Assembly: GCA_045837725.1 (NCBI GenBank)
Contig: JBEWZL010000238.1
Coordinates: 496,001 to 530,450 of the forward strand
Reading direction: 5' to 3'
Origin: Vermamoeba vermiformis
Lineage: Eukaryota
Length of the DNA: 34,450 nucleotides
In this document: one piece after another, positions 1-16,577 of the stretch
How positions within the stretch are numbered: position 1 is the stretch's first letter
Layout of the letters: every line of letters starts with the position of its first letter
The notes under the pieces: generated by a model
What the model was told of the DNA's origin: nothing
The model's input: only the letters and a program-made list of their open reading frames with translations
Databases searched by the model: none
Translations under genes and position numbers: made by a program

Positions 1-1454
1 ACAATGTTGGGATGGAAGATCTTGCTGTAAAATTGCGAGTTAAAAATGGACTAAATTATAATATATAATTTATATGTCGTTGACCATCTAGATCACACTG
101 AATAATTACTCGTGAAGTGAAAACAAGTGCGATCTAGATCAAAAAAAAAGCCAAAAAAAGGGCAAATTACCTCATCACAGCGACTTCGTGTCTGAATTGC
201 TCCATCTGACGTGGGTTCAATTTCTTTTTCGGGACTTTAATGGCCACTTTCTTTCCTCGGCAAATTCCTAAATAAGAAAAAAGTGTCAATGGTTAGTGTC
301 CATTAAATTAGAATCAATCGTGTAAATTATATAATGGCACGCATATTCAATCATTTTCTAGTATTCGTAATAGAAACAAAAATTTTGTTTGGTGCAGCAC
401 GCGCCGAAAATATCGGTCTATCAAGGCTACAAAGTGACAATAGTATTATTTTGCACACGAGTTACTGTGACAAGTTATTAAGAGCAAAAGGTTACCTCGG
501 TAGACCATGCCATAAGAACCTTCACCAATAAAATCTTTCTCTTCATCGTAAGTAATTTCATTATCGCCAATGTCGGGAGGACCGCTTTGATGCTTGCTAG
601 ATTGCTGTAAAATCAAGAGTTAATTGATTTAGTTGAACTAGATCGCACTAAATTTAGAAAACTTTTTAAAATGCGCTATTCGCTAATTAAGCTTGTAAAT
701 AATGCGGAATCGAGTCCAAATAGCATGAATAAATTAATTGACAACAGAAAAAGTAATATCTCGATTTTTGAAGGGATGAAGTGAACGCCGGATTTGATCG
801 TTCCAGAAAACTAGTCGAAAATAAGCAGAAAAATCAAATTTATGTAACTATTTAATTCTATTATAATAGGGAAAGTAAATGATTCTAGAAGAACAGGTTT
901 TGCGTCCGGTAAATTGACGTGCAATCGTTCACTAGAAATTAATAAATCCGAAAAAATCAATTCATTCACTAATTTAAATTCTGTACAACAGCGATATAAA
1001 CGATTGCAAGATATAAATAATTACTTACAGCACCAGCAGATGTGCTTGGAATTTCTTTTTGGTTGAAAGGCAAAGGTGCATAACCATTGGGTGCGGGTGA
1101 GCCTTCGTCCTCACGTCCCTTATCTTTGTGTCTGTCACTTCCGTGATTTTTGCTGCTTGCTTCTTCTCGAATCAGCGCATTCACGTAGTTCTTCACTTTT
1201 TGTTTGTATTTTCTAACTTTCTCCAATATAGCTTGCAATTGTTCCAACGAAGTTCCGTATTCTTCAGGTTTTAATTCATCGTGTTGTACACAATCAATAG
1301 CTTCTACGAGGATTCGTTCTTGTTCACGCAGCGTATCTAGTGCATCAATGGCACCTTCGGCGTTATTGCTTTCGTGTAAAATAACATCGACTGCCTCGAG
1401 GACGCGGAGTACTTCCACGAGGTTCAGTTCGACACGTTCTTCAGAACCAGACAT
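1..1454 (-). CDS. TKL-like protein kinase with N-terminal helical (MIT-like?) domain; 3' part outside window
   Basis: Exons 1454-1029, 604-496, 267-171 and 24-<1 join in frame across GT-AG introns. They give ...FIGEGSYGMVYRGICRGKKVAIKVPKKKLNPRQMEQFRHEVAVMSKIFHPNIV: Gly-rich loop, VAIK lysine, alphaC Glu and HPNIV. The kinase exons are absent from the ORF track. Confidence 0.9.
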
Positions 1455-2291
1455 CTGTTGTATTGTTTGCAAAAGTTTGTTGAAATAAAAAGTTTTATGA
1501 GCGACAAAAACCCCGCACAAAATTTAATTTCGGCTTCCACAATATAACCGCGTGATTGTATACCTCAACAGCGCATGTGCCTTGGCACGCGTCGCAAACT
1601 GTAAAAAGCGCACCACTACTGGATCCCGCACTACGAGTTATTCGTACTTTACCTTTAATACCAGTGGTTACTGCTTGTTAGAGCATGTAAATATTTATGC
1701 ATATTTTTAATTATATGCTCTTCCGTATTCTTGGATTGTTGCAGTCAGGTAAGATCAACACGCTTGGATGCACTTACTTTATTTGTTGTGCCTTGAGCGA
1801 ATTTCAATTCTTTGTTAATGTATTCAGTAGAAATTAAACTATATTATGCCTATACTAGCAATTTTTTTCGTAATTTTGGAGAGGAAATAAATAATGGCAG
1901 ATACACCAACGACTGAATGCTTTTTCGAACCCGTGACAGGCTTTACGAAACGACACGAGGTGAATTGTACCATACTACCATACACTCTATCGGCACGTTC
2001 ACGTGAACGCTTCTGCCTCTAAGCCAATATCCAACGAAAAACCTTCGATATTCACTCGTCTCTTCCGAAAATAGTAATTTGTTCGTGCCTCTCATTCAAT
2101 TTATTATACCCCCGAGCATTCTGAATCGCAATGTAATTCAACTGGCCAAAGCGGGCATTTTTTGGTTTGTGGTTGTCAGAAAATTTAATAATTAAAGAGT
2201 CTTGATTACAACAACTCACTTCATCTATGTCTGCAAAATAAAGGCAATGCCGCTTTATTAGTCTGCGAAGAGCTGTTGAAGGTCATCCGAG

Positions 2292-3641
2292 ATGAACATT
2301 CCAAACGGACATAACAACGGCTTGAGCACGAGCGCAACGAGCAGCCCTTACACAGGCACACCTACTAGTTTATTTATTGGAAATAATCCTTTACACACTG
2401 TCAATGACGCATCTCACGGACTGATCAAATTAAATATTGGAGGACGACTTTATACAACGACAAAACAGACTTTATTATCAAAAGGAGAAAATTTCTTTTC
2501 TCCGCTGCTAAGTGGTGATATTCCAACGGTTAAAGACGATAATGGTAAGTCACTAATGAAATACTATAAAATATTTAATTAAAAATTAGTTTTGAATTTA
2601 CTCGCGTATTTACAATGTTTTATAACGTACATTATGAAGTATACTCGTGCAAAGGCCTTATATTTCGTCGTAGGTGCATATTTTATTGATAGAAACGGAC
2701 GATTTTTTGAACCGATCTTGGATTTCCTCCGCAATGGTACTCTGATATTGCCGCCACAAATGTCCCTTGAATCAGTCTTGGTAGAGGCCAATTTTTATGG
2801 TATTGACGTAATGGAGGGTCTTGGAAATATACAAGAGGGTAGGAAGAATTTCCGATCCGACATCCCGATTAACTCTATTTAATTTAGGCCTGTACACCAG
2901 CACAAATTGGATTTTATTTATAGAACGCGATAAAAAACATCCGTGGATCTTTGGGATCACAGGCACGTTGAGAATTTAACGATGTGCACTATGACTGATC
3001 TAATAACGGTTTCTCGCGCAGGTGTCGAAGAACGCACCAAGCACGTATTCTGTAAGCAAGCGTGCCACGTTAAAGATGGTGTTATACATTGGAATGGCTA
3101 TGAGCTATACACACACGACGACAAGTTTTATATTTGGGACCCAAGTGTCTTTAACAGTGAGGCGCAGTTGTTCCCGAGATGTTCGATGAATCCAAAGTTC
3201 CCTCTTAGTCTCAATCAAATACTAGTGTCTGATCGAAGGTAACCATTACATTAATCCCTGTACATTGTACTTCGATATTAACTTTGCATTTAGTTTCGAA
3301 AACGATTTCATTACAATCAGCTTTCAGAGCACGCCGAAGGGTATTCAAGTAAGTGAATGATAGCAGTAGCAATTTTGAAGATGATAATTAAACGGAATAA
3401 GCAATTTAATGGTGCTAACTTGTTCTGTCAGGCTAAAACAGCGCTGCTTAGTTCTACGCCCAGTGCCGAGTCCAAGTATCAGCCCATGTTGTTCAGCATT
3501 GAGGTGTTATGCAAATGTTTGCTTTTAGCAACTGACAAGAGCTCGAGCTGGTTGTTGTATCTGCCGTCGGATGTAGCGTTCTTCGTCTTTCATCATCCTT
3601 ATTTGGAATTTGGCGAGCCGTTTCACAAACCAACATCGTAA
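2292..3641 (+). CDS. KCTD-type BTB/POZ (T1) domain protein, multi-exon
   Basis: IKLNIGGRLYTTTKQTLL...FFSPLLSG...GAYFIDRNGRFFEPILDFLRNG...EANFYGI is the typical T1/BTB signature. Later exons and the stop at 3641 are approximate. Confidence 0.85.
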
Positions 3642-3765
3642 TACTAATGTGTTATTAATACTAAATGTAAATATTGTACATAAAAACGAAAGTTTCTGTT
3701 TAGTGCTGTCTTTCCGAAGCGGACACTTCAATTAGTATCGGTTATTTATTTACATTGGAGATGAA

Positions 3766-4475
3766 TTAATCTTGATAGAGGTGCAGTACTTCGGCCTCTT
3801 CGTATTTGATTTCTTCGAGTTTTTCGTTTACAGCTTCAATCGTCTCTGTTAGTTTCTCTTGTTCAGTGCGAATTTTTTCTTGCCAAGCAGGTATTTCAAA
3901 ATCTACGTCTTCTCCTTCGTGGTCTTCTACATTCTTGCGCAGCACTTGAAGTTCATTCGTCTGTAAATAGGTTAGGCCTCATCAAACCTAACGAAAATGT
4001 CTATTCTTACTGAAATAAGCTTATCGCGCTCGAGTAATTGAATCTCTCGGATTAAATCTGCCAAAGTAGTAAAATTAAGCTCGCGCAGTTTCGCTTCGAC
4101 CTCTCTGATCTCCCCAGAAATTTTGGCAAACTCTTGTGTTATTGATTGGACCATTTGTTGATATTGTTTATAATCTTCGTCTTCTAATAGTGTTTTAAAC
4201 CCTCTAAATAAGTGTAAGAATGAGATCTACATCGTAGTCTGACAAATAATTATTCAAAAAATAAAGAAAAATTAAAATTGCATTATTCCTCGTTGCCACG
4301 CTATGCTCAACAATGGTGGCATAGATTTTCGACTGTGCAATTTTTTGGTGGGTACTTACGCTTCAAATTTTTTGTAAACAGGCGGTCGCTTGGCCTGAGA
4401 ATCTCTGAATTGCTTCATAAGAGCCACACCTTGCTCTATTAACGATTTGCTCGTGTTTGAATTTGAAGCTTCCAT
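3766..4475 (-). CDS. REX1-B (required for excision 1-B/C19orf60-like) coiled-coil protein, 3 exons
   Basis: Spliced product: ...SQAKRPPVYKKFEEGFKTLL...YQQMVQSITQEFAKISGEIREVE...LADLIREIQLLERDKL...LTETIEAVNEKLEEIKYE. This matches my recollection of the DNA_repr_REX1B family pattern. Confidence 0.75.
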
Positions 4476-4615
4476 GGTGGTGATCGTGGTTGGTTTGAGA
4501 ATGACAAACAAAATCTTTTTATTTGATTGTTGTGCATTACCTTCGCACCTCACTGCAATTTTAACTGGAATCTAGTATATGATGTGATTGACGATTTCTT
4601 CTTGGGATTCGAGCA

Positions 4616-6528
4616 ATGATCTACGCGAGCTGCGATACTTTTATTGCACAAGCTGCAGATGGAGGCCAGTTGTTTGCCAAAAATTCTGACCGTGACCCAA
4701 ATGAAGCACACCATATAATTTACGTTCCCAAACAAGGTTTCAAAGAGGTAAAATTACGGATGTCACTTTTGCGATGATGATTTTTGGCTCACTATTGCAT
4801 AATTATTTTAAACACCAAAGTTTTATTAGACACGTATTAATAATTTTATTTTTTTTATGATGCAAGATAATTTTGCTTTTCGTAACAACATTTTGTGCGC
4901 AGGGTTCTTTTGTCGATTGCACTTACATTTCAATACCACAAGTAGCGGCTACGAACGCAGTATTACTATGTAAACCCGTATGGATATGGTACGCAAGATT
5001 CAGTTGTGTATATGATAGTAACCCAATTCCAGGGGTGCTGAGATGGGTGTCAACGAGCACGGTGTGGTTATTGGCAACGAAGCTTTATTTTCGAAGTTTG
5101 CAGCAAGCAAAACGCCTTCTTTGATAGGGTAAGCTTCGTGACTGCGTGCCATTGGACTGCGTACTTACTCCTTCATTCAGCATGGACTACGTGCGCCTGG
5201 GGCTCGAGCGGGGCAGCACTGCACGAGAGGCACTACAAGTAATTACCAAGCTGTTAGAACAGCATGGACAAGGAGGCAACTGCGGCTTTGATCACAAAGT
5301 CTACTATCATAATGCATTCATGATTGTAGATAGCCGCGAGGCATGGGTACTCGGTATGTCGGAGTGCACTCACGGCAAGTCGTTGCAATTCTAAAAACAT
5401 AACTAGAGACCATTCACAAGCACTGGATAGCCAGAAAGGCATCACGTAATGGAGATTCGATCAGCAATTATCCTTCGATCACGACGCACTGGTAAGTGCC
5501 ACCGCTCAGTAGCCTGCGTACACTTTTGTAACAGGTATACAGGGACATGATATCTGATAGCTTGAAAGTAGTCGTTGAATTGGAACGTAAGTGCATTTGT
5601 TGTGCTTGTCCGAATTAACCTTCTCAGCAGAGAGTCAAAATAGACAATTTAACTTCAGTGCTTACTGTGCTGATAAGCTATACAGTTACTTTGGTGAAGG
5701 AAAAGCGCGAATGTGCAGAAGTCGAGAATGCCTCGCGCTTGCAAATCATCTTGATGTTGCCTCGATGATTTCAGTATGTCAAGATCATGGCCCGAGTTTC
5801 CTTGGTACGAAATAATCACCTGGTAGTGGGTTACTGACAAATATATAGACGAGAGAGGGATAACATCAAAGCTTACTGGACAATCTCTCTGTATGCACGC
5901 AGGCTTCGGGCCAGTCCGCTGCAATCAAACGACGGGCTCGTTGATTGTACATCTACGAGATGACGGATTTACGACATGGGTGACGGGTACGGCAGCGCCA
6001 TGCCTATCGGTGTTCAAACCTCTGCTGCACATCAGTCATTTACCCGGTGAGATCAGCCACGTTGATCCGAAAACGGCGGACGATTCTTTGTGGTGGCGAC
6101 ATGGTAAGAAGAACTAGTTATCAGTGCACGAGATAATTTATCTGTTAGAATTATTGCATCGATTAGTGCTGCAAAACTACAGCACGAGAGCTACGGGCGT
6201 AAAGGATGCCGCAAATTTACTTCAAAAAGAATTTTTGAAGCAAGAGCAAGAGATGAGGAGCCAAGTACATACCGTTCAACAGCAGTGGACGCGAAAATGC
6301 TTCGAGCAAAGTATGACTCTCGATAAAAATTTAGCCGATCAACTTCGTCGAAACCAAACTCCAAGCACTCGCCCACTATGGTTCTCGCTTCATTGGGTGG
6401 CATGGAATTGGCTTAACAAGCGAGCCAAGGTAAATATCGAGTCTAAGACTTCGAGCAAACCGATCTTGATTGGCACAACATTAGCAGTTTCTGGACTTGC
6501 ATTTTTAATTGCTAAATCATTTCAATAA
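4616..6528 (+). CDS. Secernin-like peptidase family C69 (Ntn hydrolase) with C-terminal hydrophobic tail
   Basis: First exon MIYASCDTFIAQ...LFAKNSDRDPNEAH. Later motifs: [41 protein letters not shown]...HGQGG...YHNAFMIVD, CMHAG...QTTGS, GTAAPCLSVFKP. Confidence 0.9.
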
Positions 6529-6681
6529 TCAAATTGACGTATTAAATTCGCGTATATCTGTTCAACTTGGCGAAAGTTCATAATAAATTTTATTCAATTC
6601 AAAAAGCCGTTTTTTTCGCAACGGTTATTTTTGGCCTCCAGCGAGATTTTCCTTTCATTTTCTAATTTAGATTAACGAATA

Positions 6682-7898
6682 ATGGGCCACGCTTGCACGA
6701 AAGCCGAGAAAGATCAGAAGCCGACAGTTACTATCGCTGCCCCGAAGAAGGATCCCAAGATCAACACGCCACGAGAGGTGGTTCGGGACTACTCCAACAT
6801 GACGATTCGTAACAAATACCATTTCCGTCTTGGTCTTGTTGGAACTAGCCACAGTGGCAAGAGCACAATCGGAAAGCAAATGAGAATCGGCCACGGGGCT
6901 AATTTATCAGAAGGGACCAACGAAGATGCGAGAAAGATTATAGTGACCAATTTAGTAACGACCTTCAAAGAGCTCGTGCACCAAGCAAAGCGAATGAACA
7001 TCGAAATTGAGAATGAAACAATTGGAGAGAAAATTTCTCAGTTAGATCCAGCGAAAACCAGTATGACCGCCGATCTTGCCGACCATATCAAGACTCTTTG
7101 GGCAGATGAAGGTACTAAAAATACTTTAAAAAATAGTGCTCTAATTTAGTACAGGTATCCAGCAAGTGTTCGCTCGACGTAACGAGTTTGAAATCCCACC
7201 GAACACCGAGTACGGGGTTGATATGGTGGACAAGCTTGCAGATCCTAAAACATTGTTTAACTACGAAGACGTACATATCTACCTTCGAGGGCGCGAGAAG
7301 ACAATGCAGGTTTCCGAAACCGAGTTCAAAGTGGGAATTTTCAGTTGGCATCTTGTTGAATCTGGTCCAGAACACGAGAATTCAAAAATGTGGCCAACCG
7401 TATTTAAGGGAGTTATTGCTATGGTTTTTGTAGCTGCTCTTGACGATTGGGACATCATCAATTCCGAAGATCCAAAAATGCGCACAAGGTACGATCTAAA
7501 CACTCAACATCGAATCGTCTATTGGTTACCACGAAAAAATTATTGCGTCTGTTATTAACTATTATTTTAGAATGCAAATTAGCTTGGATCTGTTCGAAGG
7601 AATGGTCAATCACGATTTGTTTAAAGAACGCCCGTGGGTCTTGCTACTAAATAAGCGTGACTTGTTTAAAGAAAAGTTACAAGAGCACGATTTGGCTAAG
7701 ACGTTCCCCGATTACAAAGGCGGGGACGATTTTGATGCTGCAGTAGATTTCATCAAGGGCCAGTATTTGGCACGCATTCACAGAGAGCCGAAAGACCTCG
7801 ATTCTCGCGTGTTGTGTGCACTCGACACTGAAGAGACGAACAGCGTGTTTGAAGAGGCTTTAGAATACGTATTCAAGAAGTGCAGCGACCTTATGTAA
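6682..7898 (+). CDS. Divergent heterotrimeric G-protein alpha subunit (3 exons)
   Basis: N-terminus MGHAC (Gly2 myristoylation, Cys5 palmitoylation candidates). P-loop GTSHSGKSTIGKQMRI, helical domain IKTLWADEGIQQVFARRNEF, switch I LRGREKT, G4 LLLNKRDLF, G5 CALDT. Confidence 0.9.
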
Positions 7899-8115
7899 TT
7901 GTAAGGATAACTTTTATGTAAATAAATATTAAATATAGTTTAACATTTATGGAGATTCAAATCATAAGCACACTCTATAACGGGTGTTCGGGAAGAAGAT
8001 TGTTATGGCTGCGGGTATGCGGAGGAAATTTAAGGCTGGTCATTTGTTCACGAACAATCGTTTTTTTTGATTCGATCATTTGGAACTTGTTGAACAGAAG
8101 AACAATAGTGTACAA

Positions 8116-9114
8116 ATGGCTGCTAATCTAGCAAAAGTAGCCAAAGTGCTTGGCATTATTTTCAGCATCTTGCTCGTCGGTCTTGGTGTGTTGGCATGTT
8201 TTAGGTAATTATTGGACCTAAAAAATTAAATAATATCGGCAGAAAATTATCAAATAATTAATGGTGGATATAAGAAATAACTTCGTTAGTGCAGATCGGA
8301 TTTGTTCGGAAAATCAAAAATAGTAAACTAATAATTAATTTCTTAATGTAAGACAATCAACAAAGATGACTTTCCAATTGGCACAAGGCACATTTGATGA
8401 AAGGACGTCAAACGTAAATGGATCGATCGCAGTTTTTGTGCTAGGTATCCTTGTTATGTAAGTCAATGACTACTAATCACTGACAATAATATTATAATTA
8501 TTATGATGTTTTACGTAATCAGAAGGATTACAGCCGCTTTACTAACGTTGTCGATCACTAGTGCTTTTGGCTTGATTGCTATCCTTGGTGAATTTGGCTT
8601 GAAGTTTGTCCTACGAAGATTTGGTTTGTTCAAATATTTCTGGAGCAAGAGTATTTGGTATTTATTGTAAGTACTGGCGAGATGCGATCGGTTACTTCAG
8701 GAACACTCTTCTTATTTGCTCTTTCATTTTGTTTATTTTCGGTTAATATTATTGTAATAGTCGTAAGTTTTGAACGGACACGTTGTTAAGGTTCAAATGA
8801 AATTCATCGTGGATCTTCTTTTGCTATTTGGCCTCGGTCTCGTTCACCCTTACTTTAATTTCTTTGTCGGTTGCAGACACAAACTTTTATTACACGTGAA
8901 AACACCGGCTAATTCGGTTTTTATTAGCATGGCCATGTGCGCTTTTGGTTTGGCTGGCGATGTTGGATTTGCCGTTGCTTTGGTGCTCGGCATGCACGCC
9001 CTCTTCTTGTTGTTGCTGACCTTCATTGTTGGCATTCGCGCACGATCTACAGCAAAGGATGGCGATTTGGAAGACAACTATCAACCTCCCGAGCAACCTG
9101 TAGCTCTCGATTAA
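8116..9114 (+). CDS. Small multi-pass membrane protein, COPI-associated/Tvp15-like
   Basis: Four exons inferred: MAANLAKVAKVLGIIFSILLVGLGVLACF...VFVLGILVIAFGLIAILGEFGLKFVLRRFGLFKYFWSKSIWYLFMAMCAFG...VALVLGMHALFLLLLTF. About four hydrophobic segments, with a FGL..I..E...F.....W.LF pattern. Confidence 0.6.
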
Positions 9115-9518
9115 GTTACACGCGGATAAGTCTGTTTTATATTCTTAAACTAAAAGTTTTTATGCAATTTGGGAGCTAAATTGGCTATAGAAGGGCGAAC
9201 AATCCTTAGATATTCTCTGGCGTAATTACAACCAGATAATTTCGCAAAGTTCACACCGAAATTCTTTATTTACATTCTGCACACGACGTTTCACATGTCT
9301 TTTGTCAGCCTGTCATCGGTAAAATCATACAAAGAACTCGCTAAAAACGCGATGAAAAAACAATTTTTTTCGAGTTTTCTCCGTAAGTGATAGAAATTCC
9401 AAAGAAAACTTCGGGATATCGATCGTCTCACAGGTCAACAAGCAGCCTTTTTATTTGGCGGAGCAAAGCAGAGGTTATTTTTATTGTTTTATCGAAGTGA
9501 CAACAAAGCAAAAAAAAC

Positions 9519-11176
9519 ATGAACTGTTTCAGATCAGATCTCGTTCAGCCCGAGAGAGAGAAAGTCGAGGGCATGATTGAACGATTAAAATCTACTAAAG
9601 GAGCAGAGCTAGTGAAAACTTGCGAGCTACTGGCTTATGAGGTATTCTTGCCTTGGTTGAACAAACAGAACGGTACGTTTATCTCAAATAATATTAATTG
9701 GCCAGTCATTATTATATTCGCCGATGTTTGCCATTTACAATTTGTGTCTCGAAGTAGCTGACTTTGCTTTTACAGCCGTGAACAAAAGTTACTTCAATGA
9801 GTGTGGCGGTATTCAGTTATTAGTAAAACTGATGGAGCACGTAAGTAATAGACGAGTGGCTTAATTAACAAGCGACGAAGATATTAGCGCATTATGCCTA
9901 ATGTGGAAGCAATTTCGGTTTATTACATTTCACAAAATTTCACGTTACATAATTTGCACGTCTTGGGATCGACCCGAATATTAACGTTAGTATTTTAGGG
10001 TGAAGGAAGCAATGACGTGAAACGCGCTGCCGGTTATGCGTGCTGGAGTTTCGGTGAAAACTGTACGTGTTCTATTTTTATAATCGGCTGTCCCTTGCAG
10101 TAAAACTAACTTGAAACTGAACTAGATGACAACATTTTGATGCTATATCGTGCTGGAGCTTTGGATGCCATCAGAAACTTCTTGAAATCACCTGACGCAG
10201 ATCTTCAACTCGTTGGTTGTGGATGCATCTGGGGCCTCATGAAGTTCGGTAAGCACGTCGACTTCGGTTAATAGAGTCTTGGCGCTAATGCTTCTTGCAG
10301 AGGATGTCGTTCTTGAGCAACAATTGATTCCTACACTGATTGACTTGATCTCTCTGTGGTCGAGCACCCAGCCTTTCGAGTTATTCCGCCCTCTCGCTTG
10401 CTTACAATGCAGCTCAATGAACAGTAAGTGATTCGTATGACTTATACTTTCAATTAGCAATATTAACCTAAATTTCCTTTCCAGAACGATGCCGCGAAGT
10501 AATTGTAAACCATCCAAAGGGTCTCGAAACACTGTTGAATGCCGCACGAAGTAAGTAACGGGCACTGGGCATTGCAGACAAGAATCGCTTATTAAATTTA
10601 CATTTTAGGTGGTAAATGGGACTTATGTAGCTATTTCGCTCTCATCACACTTGCTAATTTGGCTTGCGATGGTAAGTTTTACCGTTTAATATCCGTAAAT
10701 GCAATGTCTAATCCATTATTTTAGCTGATTATCGTGACCGCATGATTTCAATTGGAGTTCTCGATATTATCGGCCAATTTATTAAAGAACGATCGCCAAC
10801 ACAAGTACGCGAGATGGAGCGTCAAAAAGGCATCATTTGGAACTTGGTCCGACCCTTTGTCACTCTTTTGGACAGCGACATTCCCGTAGTTCAAGCGCTC
10901 GGTACTTTTATCTTTGCTAGCTTGTCACACCTCGAGCACAACCGCGAACAGATCAAAAAAGAAGGTCTGCTCGACTACATGCTTTGTGTGCAATGGCATC
11001 ACAATCCTCACCCTCAATACCAAGAGTTTGTTCAAACAATTTTGCAGAACTTCTCTCCCCGAGATCCTCCCAGTTTGTTCAATCTCAGCACATTCCAATT
11101 GAAACACAATTCGTTAGGTGACGCTAACAAATCGCACGAGGCTCATATGGTCATCGAGCGATTGCGATTGGCGTAA
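9519..11176 (+). CDS. Armadillo-repeat protein (ZER1/ZYG11 C-terminal-like) with possible C-terminal BC-box
   Basis: Spliced ARM-like segments: FNECGGIQLLVKLM, AAGYACWSFGEN, GALDAIRNFL...GCGCIWGL, ALITLANLA, ALGTFIFASLSH...NREQIKKEGLLDYM. C-terminal PPSLFNLS. Confidence 0.7.
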
Positions 11177-11443
11177 AAAACACAAAAACAAAATGTAAAT
11201 AACTTGTAAATAATGTACATAAAATTGCGGCGAAAGTAATTAATTATAAAGTCTTACGAATATTACTCGTTGCTGCACAGTGCAAACACTACAAGCATTT
11301 AATTTGTTTTGACAGCTCGATGACACGTCAAAAATGTCGTTAGTTTTGAAGCTATTCAATTAAAGGATTAATACGTCCAATACGCAACTGTATTAATATA
11401 TTCGTTTAAATATTCGCTGAGTACTCCCTGAAGTTGCAAAACG

Positions 11444-16531
<5,088 letters not shown>

Positions 16532-16577
16532 TTATTCTTGTACATTATTTCAAAGTTATTTATTAAACAAATTTATT

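Noticed and set aside
1996-2009. 14-bp palindrome CGTTCACGTGAACG in the divergent intergenic region
   Set aside because: One palindrome of this size is expected by chance in 34 kb, and there is no other support.
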